64,000 bases of DNA from Lingula anatina (Eukaryota; Animalia; Brachiopoda). The notes under the pieces were generated by a model. The model worked only from the letters and a program-made list of their open reading frames with translations, did not search any database and was not told the origin of the DNA. The stretch's first letter is position 1, and the number at the start of each line of letters is the position of its first letter. The translations under genes and the position numbers were made by a program. The stretch spans positions 21,328,001 through 21,392,000 of the forward strand of contig CM120640.1 of the NCBI GenBank assembly GCA_051362555.1, read 5' to 3'. Positions 42,176-52,108 of this stretch are shown here, one piece after another.

Positions 42176-43480
42176 ATGGAAAAAATGAGCAACAAGCAAT
42201 TTAATTTAGCGGAGACTGTGTTTCAGTCCGATGCCGAAAAAGCTAAAGCTAAAGCCAAAAAGGCCTCGGCCGCTCGTGTAGCGCCAAACAATCCAAAAAC
42301 TGACAAAATGTCGGCAAGTAAAGATGGGAAAAGTGCAGTAGCAGATAACGCTTTGTCCTGTTCGTCGGCGTCACGCACGTCGGCTACCAATGCAACGCAT
42401 GATGATGATGATGATGAGGCGTGTTTTACAGCACCTGCAATGAAGAGAGGCGCTGAAAGTGCTCTCTGTTTTGATTCCAACTCCATGGCTAAGAGAAGTC
42501 GCATTGATAGCGAATTTTCCAATGCGCCATTTGATGAATTTGGAGATCATACGGAGGCAGGTGAAAATTATGATATAGACATGCAACTTGATAAATTGCT
42601 TGACCCTGATGATGAAGGGGATATTCAGCAGCAGGAGGATGAACTGTTAGCTGAGTTAGAGAAGGAATTCCTTGCCCCTGATGAAGAAGTGGGGCCTGCT
42701 ATTCAGGCAAAGTTCGGGGAGCTTATTAACAATATGTTTACATCTCCCATGTCAGATGAAAAAGTGAAAGCGTTGTCAGAAAAATGTCTGAGACCTGAGA
42801 ATTGTCCCAATATCTGCAACGCCCGTGTGAATCAAGAAATTTGGGATGTTATGAACACCTCAGCCCGCATTACTGACATTGCAGTGAGCAAAATTGGGGC
42901 AAGGATGGTTAAGAGCGTCTTGCCCATTGTACAGGTTGTAGATCAACTCTATCAAGCAAGAGCCGAGGGGAAAAATGCTGATATACCCCGTGCCATACGT
43001 GGTTGTATGGACTCTCTGGCACTGATGGGCAGTGCTGTGCATGAACTGAATTTGCATCGCAGAAATTCTATTAAAAAGGACTTACCACCCAGAGCGCAGA
43101 GAGTGGCTTCTAAGGTCAAGGACGAGTCTAGTCTCCTATTTGGTACAGAGTTGCAGAAAAATCTTAAAGAATTGGCTGAAGGCGAAAAATTGGGTCTTGG
43201 GGGACCTAAGAAAATTCGTTCCAGTTTTGCTAAGAACCCTTCGCATGCTTTTGGCTCATTACAGCAACAGGCACGTGGCCGTGGTTTCCAGGGTTATAGC
43301 AGGCTTTACTACCCTAGACAGATGTCGGGGGAAGGCAGGTGGGGTGCCGCGGGGTGGACCCAGCAGCAGCGCCCCCACTACCAACAGGGTCCCTACAGCA
43401 CGTACAATTACAAAAAGCAAACTTACAAAACAGGAAGCCAAAACCAAGGCAGAAAGGACAAAAATCAGCAAAAGAAATAG
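42176..43480 (+). CDS. DIRS ORF1, Gag-like protein
   Basis: 434-aa open frame; RPENCP..ARVNQEIW, HELNLHRRNSIK, LLFG motifs of DIRS Gag; first ORF of the element. Confidence 0.85.
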   Translation: MEKMSNKQFNLAETVFQSDAEKAKAKAKKASAARVAPNNPKTDKMSASKDGKSAVADNALSCSSASRTSATNATHDDDDDEACFTAPAMKRGAESALCFDSNSMAKRSRIDSEFSNAPFDEFGDHTEAGENYDIDMQLDKLLDPDDEGDIQQQEDELLAELEKEFLAPDEEVGPAIQAKFGELINNMFTSPMSDEKVKALSEKCLRPENCPNICNARVNQEIWDVMNTSARITDIAVSKIGARMVKSVLPIVQVVDQLYQARAEGKNADIPRAIRGCMDSLALMGSAVHELNLHRRNSIKKDLPPRAQRVASKVKDESSLLFGTELQKNLKELAEGEKLGLGGPKKIRSSFAKNPSHAFGSLQQQARGRGFQGYSRLYYPRQMSGEGRWGAAGWTQQQRPHYQQGPYSTYNYKKQTYKTGSQNQGRKDKNQQKK

Positions 43481-45567
43481 AAATTGTAAGTAAATTTGAT
43501 GAATTTATGAGATTAGCAGAGGCTAGATCTTTAGAGGCAGTGAATAACTTCAAAGCTGGTCGGTTGAGGGAATATTTTGACTTCTGGAGAACAATGACTT
43601 CTGATGCTCATATCCTTTCATGTATTAAAGGGGTGGCATTAGAATTCAATGATACGCCAGTGCAGCAAGCTGTCCCTAAGCCTTACAGATTTGATGAAAC
43701 TAAATCCAGGCTTATTGACCAGCAAATTCAAATTATGTTGAGCAAAAGCATTATTCAACCCGCCCAACATTCTTCGGGTGAGTTCATATCAAATATATTT
43801 ACCAGGGACAAAAAAGATGGTGGTATCAGAGTCATTCTAGATCTGACAGAGTTGAACAAATTTATTCAGTATCATCATTTCAAGATGGATACTTTTCAGA
43901 CAGCTTTAGATTTAATTTTCCCTAATTGCTACATGGCATCGATTGATTGGAAGGATCCTTATTTCTCAGTGCCCATAAGAAATGAAGATCGAAAGTACTT
44001 GAGATTTGTTTGGAATTCAAACCTCTATCAGTTCACTTGTCTGCCTAACGGTCTAGCCTCTGCTCCAAGAATCTTTACTAAAATCACAAAGGTTATGTTT
44101 GCTGAACTTAGAAAGAAAGGTTTTCTTTGCTCTTCATATATTGATGACTCGTTTTTGGTTGGTGACAAGGAAGAATGTGAAGAGAATGTTATGATCACTT
44201 TTGAATATTCTGAGAAGTCTGGCTGGGTTACTCACCCAGTCAAGTCACGATTTAAACCAGCACAACAAAGAACTTTCTTAGGCTTTATTATTAATTCAGT
44301 CCTAATGAATGTTACCTTGACCCCAGATAGAATTCAAAAAATGATCACACGTATCTCTAAGATTATAGATGATAATGGTAGAGTCACTATACGTGCATTA
44401 GCAGAGGTTATTGGACTAATGGTGGCTAGTTTCCAGGCAGTTGAATTTGGGAAACTTTATTATCGTAGGTGTGATAATTTTAAATCACTGGTATTGCAAC
44501 AGCACGCAGGGAACTACAATGCCAGGGTTGTTCTCCCTCAAAGATGTATGATAGATCTTGGTTGGTGGAGGGATAACATCACTACTGCCTCAGCTCCCAT
44601 TAGGAGGTCCACCCCTGATGTGGTCTTGACCTCTGATGCTTCTACAGTGGGCTGGGGTGGTACCTGTCATGGACAGTCCACTGGTGGGAATTGGACGGTG
44701 GAGGAGCAGAAAAAGCATATTAATGAACTTGAACTCAAGGCAGCTTACTTTACCATAAAAGCTTTCTGTTCACAATTTACTAACAGACACATACTCATTA
44801 GAATTGATAACACCACTGCAGTAGTCTATATTAACAATATGGGAGGCAAGAAAGATCATTGTAATGAGGTAGCTAGAGAATTGTGGCTATGGTGCATTAA
44901 CAGGTCTCTTTTTGTTACAGCAGCTTACCTGCCAGGAGCTCAAAACATCGAGGCAGATGCAGAGAGTAGAACATACCATGACAATGGTGAGTGGGAGCTG
45001 GATAGAAATATTTTTCTAAAAATCTGCAGACTTTGGGGCAAGCCTGAGATTGATTTGTTTGCATCAAGAATTAACAATAAAGTGAAAGTTTACTACTCAT
45101 GGAAACCAGATCCAGATTGTATGGAGGTGGATGCATTTACAGTTTCTTGGGCCCATAAATTTGTTTATGCCTTCCCACCTTTTTGCATGATGGGCAAAGT
45201 TTTACAAAAAATGAAAGTGGAAGGTGTGACAGGTATTATTATTTTTCCCTTATGGCCTACTCAGCACTGGTATTCCTTGCTTGGTTCAATGCTTATTGAT
45301 TTTCCTGTTTCTCTCTTTCACAGGGACAGGTCAGTATCGGTCATTCATCACCCTCTCTTGAATGCCCAAGATCACCTTCCCAAGATCAGGCTTGCAGCAG
45401 CACTTGTTTCTGGCAGATGCCAGGCACAGCAGAACTTTCAGAGACAGCTCAGCGGATTATCGAGGCCTCATGGCGTGATGGCACCAAAAAACAGTATAAC
45501 TGTTACTTCAAACAGTGGTTTTCCTTTTGTAGTCAGAGGGATTGGAATCCCTTTCATGCCTCTGTAA
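43339..45567 (+). CDS. DIRS ORF2: reverse transcriptase / RNase H / Dam-like methyltransferase
   Basis: RT (RVILDL..LN, LPNGLASAPRIFTK, YIDD), RNase H (TSDAS, HINELELKA, DNTTAV, ADAES), MTase (IDLFAS, YAFPPF); no stops; true start uncertain. Confidence 0.93.
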   Translation: MGCRGVDPAAAPPLPTGSLQHVQLQKANLQNRKPKPRQKGQKSAKEIEIVSKFDEFMRLAEARSLEAVNNFKAGRLREYFDFWRTMTSDAHILSCIKGVALEFNDTPVQQAVPKPYRFDETKSRLIDQQIQIMLSKSIIQPAQHSSGEFISNIFTRDKKDGGIRVILDLTELNKFIQYHHFKMDTFQTALDLIFPNCYMASIDWKDPYFSVPIRNEDRKYLRFVWNSNLYQFTCLPNGLASAPRIFTKITKVMFAELRKKGFLCSSYIDDSFLVGDKEECEENVMITFEYSEKSGWVTHPVKSRFKPAQQRTFLGFIINSVLMNVTLTPDRIQKMITRISKIIDDNGRVTIRALAEVIGLMVASFQAVEFGKLYYRRCDNFKSLVLQQHAGNYNARVVLPQRCMIDLGWWRDNITTASAPIRRSTPDVVLTSDASTVGWGGTCHGQSTGGNWTVEEQKKHINELELKAAYFTIKAFCSQFTNRHILIRIDNTTAVVYINNMGGKKDHCNEVARELWLWCINRSLFVTAAYLPGAQNIEADAESRTYHDNGEWELDRNIFLKICRLWGKPEIDLFASRINNKVKVYYSWKPDPDCMEVDAFTVSWAHKFVYAFPPFCMMGKVLQKMKVEGVTGIIIFPLWPTQHWYSLLGSMLIDFPVSLFHRDRSVSVIHHPLLNAQDHLPKIRLAAALVSGRCQAQQNFQRQLSGLSRPHGVMAPKNSITVTSNSGFPFVVRGIGIPFMPL

Positions 45568-46373
45568 AATCTGCTGTAGAATTTCTCACTGAGTTGTCAG
45601 AGAGGGGTTTGCAGTATTCTGCACTGAACACTGCCAGGAGCACCTTGTCAGCTTTTCTTACCATCGGGGATTCACCTTTGGGAGAACACCCGCTGATTTG
45701 CAGATTCATGAAAGGTATCTTCAATCTTAAACCACCTATTCCTAAAACTAAGGTTATTTGGGATGCCACTGTTGTTTTGAATTTTTTGAGAGCATGGTCA
45801 CCAGTAAAGAATTTGTCTCTAAAACAGTTGACACTGAAAGTGGTTATGTTATTTGGACTTTTGGCAGGTCAGAGGGGGCAGTCCCTTCATCTTATGGATA
45901 CAAGGAACATTGATCTTAATAAGCATCGGGTGAAAGTTTCTTTTGGCGATCTTTTGAAAACCTCTCGTCCAGGGTATCACCAAACACAAATCACAGTGCC
46001 AGCATATGCTCCAGATCGCAGATTGTGCATATGTGTAACATTGACGGAGTACTTAAAGCGTACATGTCCACTCAGAGACAAGTACACTGCACTATTCATC
46101 AGCTACATGAAACCACACAAACCAGTCTCAAGGGATACGTTGTCGAGGTGGGTGAAGTGTGTCCTAAAAATGGCTGGTATTGATACTTGTGTATTTACAC
46201 CACACAGTGTGCGAGCTGCAGCTACTTCGGCTGCAAAAGCAGCAAATGTACCTTTGCAGACGATCTTAGATACGGCAGGTTGGAGCAAAAAGGATACGTT
46301 TGCTCGTTACTATGAGAAGAAAATTGATAAAAGTGGATTATTTGGTTCAAAAATTTTGAATAAAACAAAGTAA
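45417..46373 (+). CDS. DIRS ORF3, tyrosine recombinase
   Basis: SAM-like N-domain (SWRDGTKKQY..W..FC) and catalytic residues R (GQR), K (LLKT), HxxR (HSVR), W (AGW), Y (TFARYY). Confidence 0.93.
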   Translation: MPGTAELSETAQRIIEASWRDGTKKQYNCYFKQWFSFCSQRDWNPFHASVKSAVEFLTELSERGLQYSALNTARSTLSAFLTIGDSPLGEHPLICRFMKGIFNLKPPIPKTKVIWDATVVLNFLRAWSPVKNLSLKQLTLKVVMLFGLLAGQRGQSLHLMDTRNIDLNKHRVKVSFGDLLKTSRPGYHQTQITVPAYAPDRRLCICVTLTEYLKRTCPLRDKYTALFISYMKPHKPVSRDTLSRWVKCVLKMAGIDTCVFTPHSVRAAATSAAKAANVPLQTILDTAGWSKKDTFARYYEKKIDKSGLFGSKILNKTK

Positions 46374-47547
46374 TGGTTTCAGGGCAGAAAAATAATGACA
46401 TGGCAAATGTGTAATTGTGGCCTAGATTGTGTTAAAGAAAGGACTTTCTTAGTACTGTATAAATGTTTGGTACATACACTTCAAATTAGGGTTAACGTGT
46501 TCAAATTTAAAGTTGGCTCCCTCAGTTTAAGGAGCAAGTTTATTATGTAGTTAAACAGTTCATGTTGTTAAAAAGGTTCATTTGTTAAAAGTTATTATTA
46601 AAGTTAATATATTTAATTTGTGAGTTATCGGCTTATTGATTTTTTCCAATTCATTTCAAGCAGGGTACTACTGTTGTACTACTCCTCAGTTGTGGAATTG
46701 GTGTTTATTGGTACAACTTTAAACCCTCATGTAATCTTGGAATGGGAGTCAGCTGATGGTAGAATTCAAAAATTAAACGAAACTTACCTGTAAGTTGAAG
46801 TTTGATGAGAATTCTACTTATCAGCTGACGAAATGGAGAGATTACATGCCCACCTCTAGCCCTCCCAAATCTCTCCATTTCTTTTTCCCTTGTACCAATA
46901 AACAAGCTTTAAATTTTGCATTCTGGGTAGATATGCGTGCGCATCTCATGTAATCTCTCCATTTCGTCAGCTGATAAGTAGAATTCTCATCAAACTTCAA
47001 CTTACAGGTAAGTTTCGTTTAATTTTTGAATTTTAAAGCATCTGCACTGGTTACCAGTTAGGGCCAGAATTTTATTTAAGGTTTTAGTTTTTACACATGC
47101 TGCTTTTTATAATCTAGCTCCACCATATATAACTGATCTAGTCAAACATTATAGCACTCAAAGATCCCTGAGGTCTGGTGATAAACTTTTACTGAAAGTT
47201 CCAAAATCAAGGTTAAAATCATATGGTGACGTATCATTTTGTGTAGCTGCACCAGTAGAGTGGAATAAGTTGCCAATTTTTATTAGACAAATAGAATCAC
47301 AAGAATCTTTTAAAAAGGAATTAAAAATTCATATTTTTAAGACATTTTATTCATGAATCTTAAATTTTACAATTTTAAAGAAACCTTGGATTTTTTACTT
47401 TTAATAACTGTTTATTACAATTAAGTTAGTTTAGCTCTTATTTATATAAAATATATCTTAACCATTTTTATCTATAAACTTCTTTGTATTTTATGTTGTA
47501 CAGTCTATTGAACATTTTATGGATTTTACACTTGAAATAAATAAATA

Positions 47548-47601
<54 letters not shown>

Positions 47602-47832
47602 ATTTGACGTCATCACTCAGTTGGCTTCCGCTAGAGATTGTGGAAAAATATTGCAGGGTGACAGTGCGTTTAACGATCAAATTGTAATATTTCAAACACG
47701 TGTTAGGTACATAAGATGCTTCCTGTTAAACACAGATGGGAATGGGGCCTTACAGTCTTCTCAAAAGTGTCTACATTCCGTTCGTATACGTTTTTTCGGG
47801 TTTTCTCAAAAAGTAAAGGGAAAGCCTGGCAA

Positions 47833-48232
47833 TCAGCATATGTCTGCAAAATAAAAAAGAACTTCACTAAAAAAAGGTTTCTCAAAGCAATGTACTAAAA
47901 GAATCATAATTGATTTGTTGTATCCCATTTAAGATGATACATCACTTCTTTGCAAGAGGGATTTAGTTCTTGTGATTAATGGGTCAAAATTAGTAACTAT
48001 ACCTTTTCGAAAAGTGTGAACGTTCACGCAGAATATCAAACATCTTACCAGTATTGGTCGTGTAACTGTCTCTAACTTTGAACACTAAATCCTGCACATC
48101 ACTTTCGGCGGCGACCACTCTTTTAAAGAAATTACTGGTACTGCCCCTGTAGTACTTCATCAGGTCTATTTCTCCGCTGCTGGGGTAGGCTGGCGTAGAT
48201 GGTTTTAATCCTCCAGAAATTCTTGAGGTACC

Positions 48233-48283
<51 letters not shown>

Positions 48284-50440
48284 AAAGATATCATTTAAGA
48301 ATGGGCTTTTTTCAATTAACAAGTGACTTCTAATGGGTATTTAATAAAACATTTTCCTTGCTTGTTTAGAGTGCACATGTATCTCCAAATAGATTTAAGT
48401 TAAGGATTACTTTTTTTTAATGAATACAAATGTGTAGAATTGAGTACATTTATTTATTCAGTTAGAAGGAATGGGATTAAGAGAAGAGACTATATGAGAG
48501 GCAGCAATGTCATTGTGTGTGTATGGGGGGAGGGGGTGCGTACGTATTCAATATGTAGGACACACCCTTCGCTCCTTTTTCAGTTATAGTTATTATCAAT
48601 CAAAGAATCGTGTTCATTATTCCAATTTGCATTTTAAATCGTCTTTAATGACGTTTATTAGCTGCAAGTAAAATCATCGGTCAGAATAGCAAGAGGTGTT
48701 TATAAGTCTGTAAAGGTTCAAAATACTGTCCTTACACTGTACAAATATAATTTCGATGTTCGTCATTCATCGGCCAAATTAAAAGATGGAGATGTAATGA
48801 TCATAGTTAGGACAGGACAGGAATAAACTGATCACACAGAAATGTTGCGGAAAATATTTCTGACGATGTCCGCACAACATCGCATGAAAACGAGTATATT
48901 TCTATTATCTTATGTTTTTTTTTAAAGTCTAAATTCCATATACATAGGCCTATGTTTAGTAGACTTCACAATTATGTTTATTACATATATACTCGAACAT
49001 ACAATGTACGTCCTCCCGCTCCGGAGGCGGGTACTCTAACCACAAGGCCTTCAGGTCGGTATACTGGCCGTTCATGCAGAAATACATGGGTGTTTTGAAA
49101 AAAAAACAATACCTTTATGACCCCAACTGTATTCAATGCCGTGGGCATCTCTGAGAAAAGAATGGCCGATCTCATGAGCGCAGGTCTCCTTGAAGAGGGC
49201 AGCAGCATCACTTCTCTTGCTCAAATATTTCACCGTCATTTTCAAGATGTCAGAATTGTGTGAAGGACTCGACGATTTTCGCCACTGAAGCTGAAATTGT
49301 GAGATAAAGTAAAAAAAAAATGTGCAAAAGATGCGTATTGACAAGTGAAGATTAAATAAACATAGGGCGAATGAGATTTTTCATTGTGGTAGACAGGTCG
49401 ATTTATCTTAAGACAGGTTGTACCTATTCACATTTATATTTCTTGCTCTTATAACATAATATAGCATTAATGCGCATGTTAATCTGCAAACGTGCAAAAG
49501 GTGTGTTTTGACAAGTTATTACTTAAATGTGTTAAATCACACGTTTATAAGGCAAAGAAGGGGTTTTAAAAGCCGCAAATAGTCCGATTAATATTTGGAA
49601 ACCTTTAACTTATTTACACTTAGATTGCTTACGCTTACGACTTGTGTTACGCTAATGCTGAATGTAAATTTGACTTTTTGAGATGCTGTGAGCCCCTGGG
49701 AAATCGGCTGATTGTTTTTTTTTTTTGTTTTTTTTTGTTTTTTTTTTTTTTTTTGTGCGCCAAAATCAGCAATACGATTCCTTTATTCAATCTGAATTTT
49801 AAAGCTATACCTGGAACTGCTGTAGGATTATTATTGAATCTAATAGTATGTTTCTTAATTCATATACACATTTATTGGTTTGATGCAAATGTTGCTGAGA
49901 CAAAAAAACAATACAAACCTCAATTTTCTCCCTGTCCCCGCTACTTCTCAAAATTGTTTTGCTATTCACAATCCAAGTACTACCGGCATAGGAAATTCTT
50001 CTGGACCAGTAATTCTCAATACCCTCTCTACAGTAGCGACACAACATTGAGAACTGGCTGTTGGAGGGGCGGTGGAAAAACCAGGGTTTATCACAGTCGA
50101 TATACACATTGACATCGAAGCGCCTGCAGTATGGGCGCTTCACAACTTCAACCCAGTCAAGTCTACCTGAAATTCAGGAAAAATGCTATAAGCTAAATAT
50201 TTTCAAAAATCAAAGTCTGTCATTTGCAGTATTTTATCTGTGACGACCTTTTACGACAATGTATCTCGCTGGACTATGAAAACAGAAAAAAATCTTGGCT
50301 TTCTGAATCCGATTATACTTAAAAGGAAAAGAAAAAACATATGAAAAAAAAAATGTTCATAACCTACCTAAAACGCCGCAGCATTCTAAAGCCATCACGA
50401 ATGCAAGCGCAACACAAAGGTGCTTCATCTTGGTTGTCAT
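47833..50440 (-). CDS. Secreted HEXXH metallopeptidase-like protein, paralogue 5 (~230 aa)
   Basis: Exons 50440-50368 (MTTKMKHLCVALAFVMALECCGVL), 50166-49919, 49290-49113, 48231-48049, 47843-47833 (DIC*); ORF intact but the native promoter is missing. Confidence 0.83.
49010..49070 (-). mobile_element. Possible tRNA-derived SINE head fragment in intron 3 of paralogue 5
   Basis: Minus-strand GGCCTTGTGGTTAGAGTACCCGCCTCCGGAGCGGGAGG (A-box-like plus stem), no B-box; absent from the paralogue 4 intron. Confidence 0.35.
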
Positions 50441-52108
50441 ACAAATGCGCAGCATTCACGCGATACGCGAGGGCGCAGGGCTTCACGTGACTCAACTAGC
50501 CAATCACAGCACAACAATCGCACACGGACTCTGTGATAAGTGCTCGAGGAGCCAAAATTGACTACTTGGACCAGGCAATTATATCTGAGGGAATGGAAAC
50601 GGGAGGGGGTGTGACGATTTTAAGCAATATCATTGAACCTTATCAATAGAGAGCTGATAACAAAAGAACCCTAACTGTGTTAAGGTCACGTGATTTAACA
50701 GAGGCGAGCAATAGCCAATCACAGAATACCTAACCATAACATGTGAGATGGGCACAGACGCGGATTTTTCTTGTATGTGTACATCTTTTTCAGGAATTTG
50801 TACACAGTCGGTGTAGTGTTATCTGTGTCGTTTCGTTTGACGAACGAAGAGGATGACCAGCTCACGAGTAAGGTAAAGATCCATTTTTTATCATGCAGAA
50901 AGCTGTTAAAACGTTAGTTTGAAGTTGGTCTCGGGGTTTTTTATCGGCAAGAAGGGGGGGGGGCACTGTTCAAAATATCATTTAAAAATTTATTTTTCCA
51001 ATATGTCTACATAACATGAAAAAATAAATTACTAAAGAAATGAGGGACTGCAGGTAGGAAAAAGTTAGGCTTCATAGGCTGTAAACATATAAATACGCAG
51101 ATGAAGAACACAGTGGATGTGGTCGTATCCGCCATCTTGAAAATAAAGTTGTAGGATTCTGGCAAATTTGCAAGTTTTTGGAAAAATTGTGAGAGTGACA
51201 CGATGTATCGAGTATACATGCAGAAAACCTATTACTTCTGCAATACTTTTGGGTTATAAGTTTGTCAAAGTCTTTTTAAAATGGCGATAAATAGCCGTGG
51301 CATGAGACACGTTCAGTGATATCCGAGTTTGATGTCAGCACACGCTATTAACACACCTTTCGGGGGTTTTCAGTTTACGGATATTTGTACGATGAAAACA
51401 TGTTAATGTTAGCTTTTATTTAACACCCAAATAAATGTAGCGTGCATTGGGCTATGTTGTTCAGATTGTCATGCAGCTGTTTTAACAAACGAACCAGACT
51501 TATATTGAACTTTGTAAATTCGGACTTGGGTCACGTGGTTTAGACCCAAATTTATGCCCATTTGAATTTGCACGTTTTAAGTATTTTTAATGGGAAATGA
51601 TGAATTGACAGCTTGTTTTTCGTGAAAGACTAGGCTGAAAGGGTGCACTGGTGTACAAATGAACTTCAGTGTAACAGCTGGTCTGCGTTTTTTTACTCCT
51701 CTGCCGTGGCACTTTTTAGCTCACCAACCTCGTTATGGGAATGGAATATAACAGGCGTGTGTGTTTAGACAATTTTGAATTTGTTTTTATATTGTCAGTC
51801 AGTTGGAAATAACAATTTGGATTTTTTTCTAGTCAGGTCTGAATATGCTTCTTACTTATAGAAAGTTTTATATGACCAGGGCTGTGCCGGTGTGAACGGA
51901 ATGGTAGTCCTAGTAACGCAAGTCCGACCGGACACTAAGTCCTGGGAACGTAAGTCCTAGGTCTAGCGTTGCTAGAACTGGAGGTCCTAGGACATACGTT
52001 ACTAGGATTTAACGTCCGTAGGACAACAGTTACCAAGGAATGCATGTCCCACCGCCAGGAATCTAAGTCCGGATGGGACCTGTTATCCTGATTTACATTA
52101 GGAATATA

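Larger units (their letters stand above)
41854..47032 (+). mobile_element. DIRS1-type tyrosine-recombinase retrotransposon, apparently full length (~5.2 kb)
   Basis: Non-identical ITRs (41854-41923 vs 46916-46985), right extension to 47032, internal complementary region 46725-46847 matching both termini, short IR flanking the ICR (46702-46716 / 46890-46904), three overlapping ORFs, AATT at both junctions. Confidence 0.96.
41183..47600 (+). mobile_element. 5'-truncated L2/CR1-group LINE, split by a DIRS insertion
   Basis: RT motifs GVPQMSVLGP, YADDTQLY, LKINDGKTEFL, LVTSRLDYCNSIL, ..HITPI (to 41857) continue in frame at 47033 as LKHLHWLPVRARILFK..LRS..WNKLP..FKKELKIHIFKTFYS* (stop 47356); (ATT)n 3' tail at ~47550-47600. 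Confidence 0.9.

Noticed and set aside
41854-47032. Prophage or bacterial retron/DGR-like system (RT plus phage-type integrase plus Dam)
   Set aside because: Gag-RT/RH/MT-YR order, non-identical ITRs and ICR are diagnostic of eukaryotic DIRS retrotransposons
49010-49070. Functional tRNA gene
   Set aside because: Only an A-box-like half; no T-loop/B-box or acceptor stem closure
19364-50440. Bacterial contamination as the source of the HEIGH genes
   Set aside because: Genes have four GT-AG introns with conserved phases, contain eukaryotic TEs and are contiguous with INO80B
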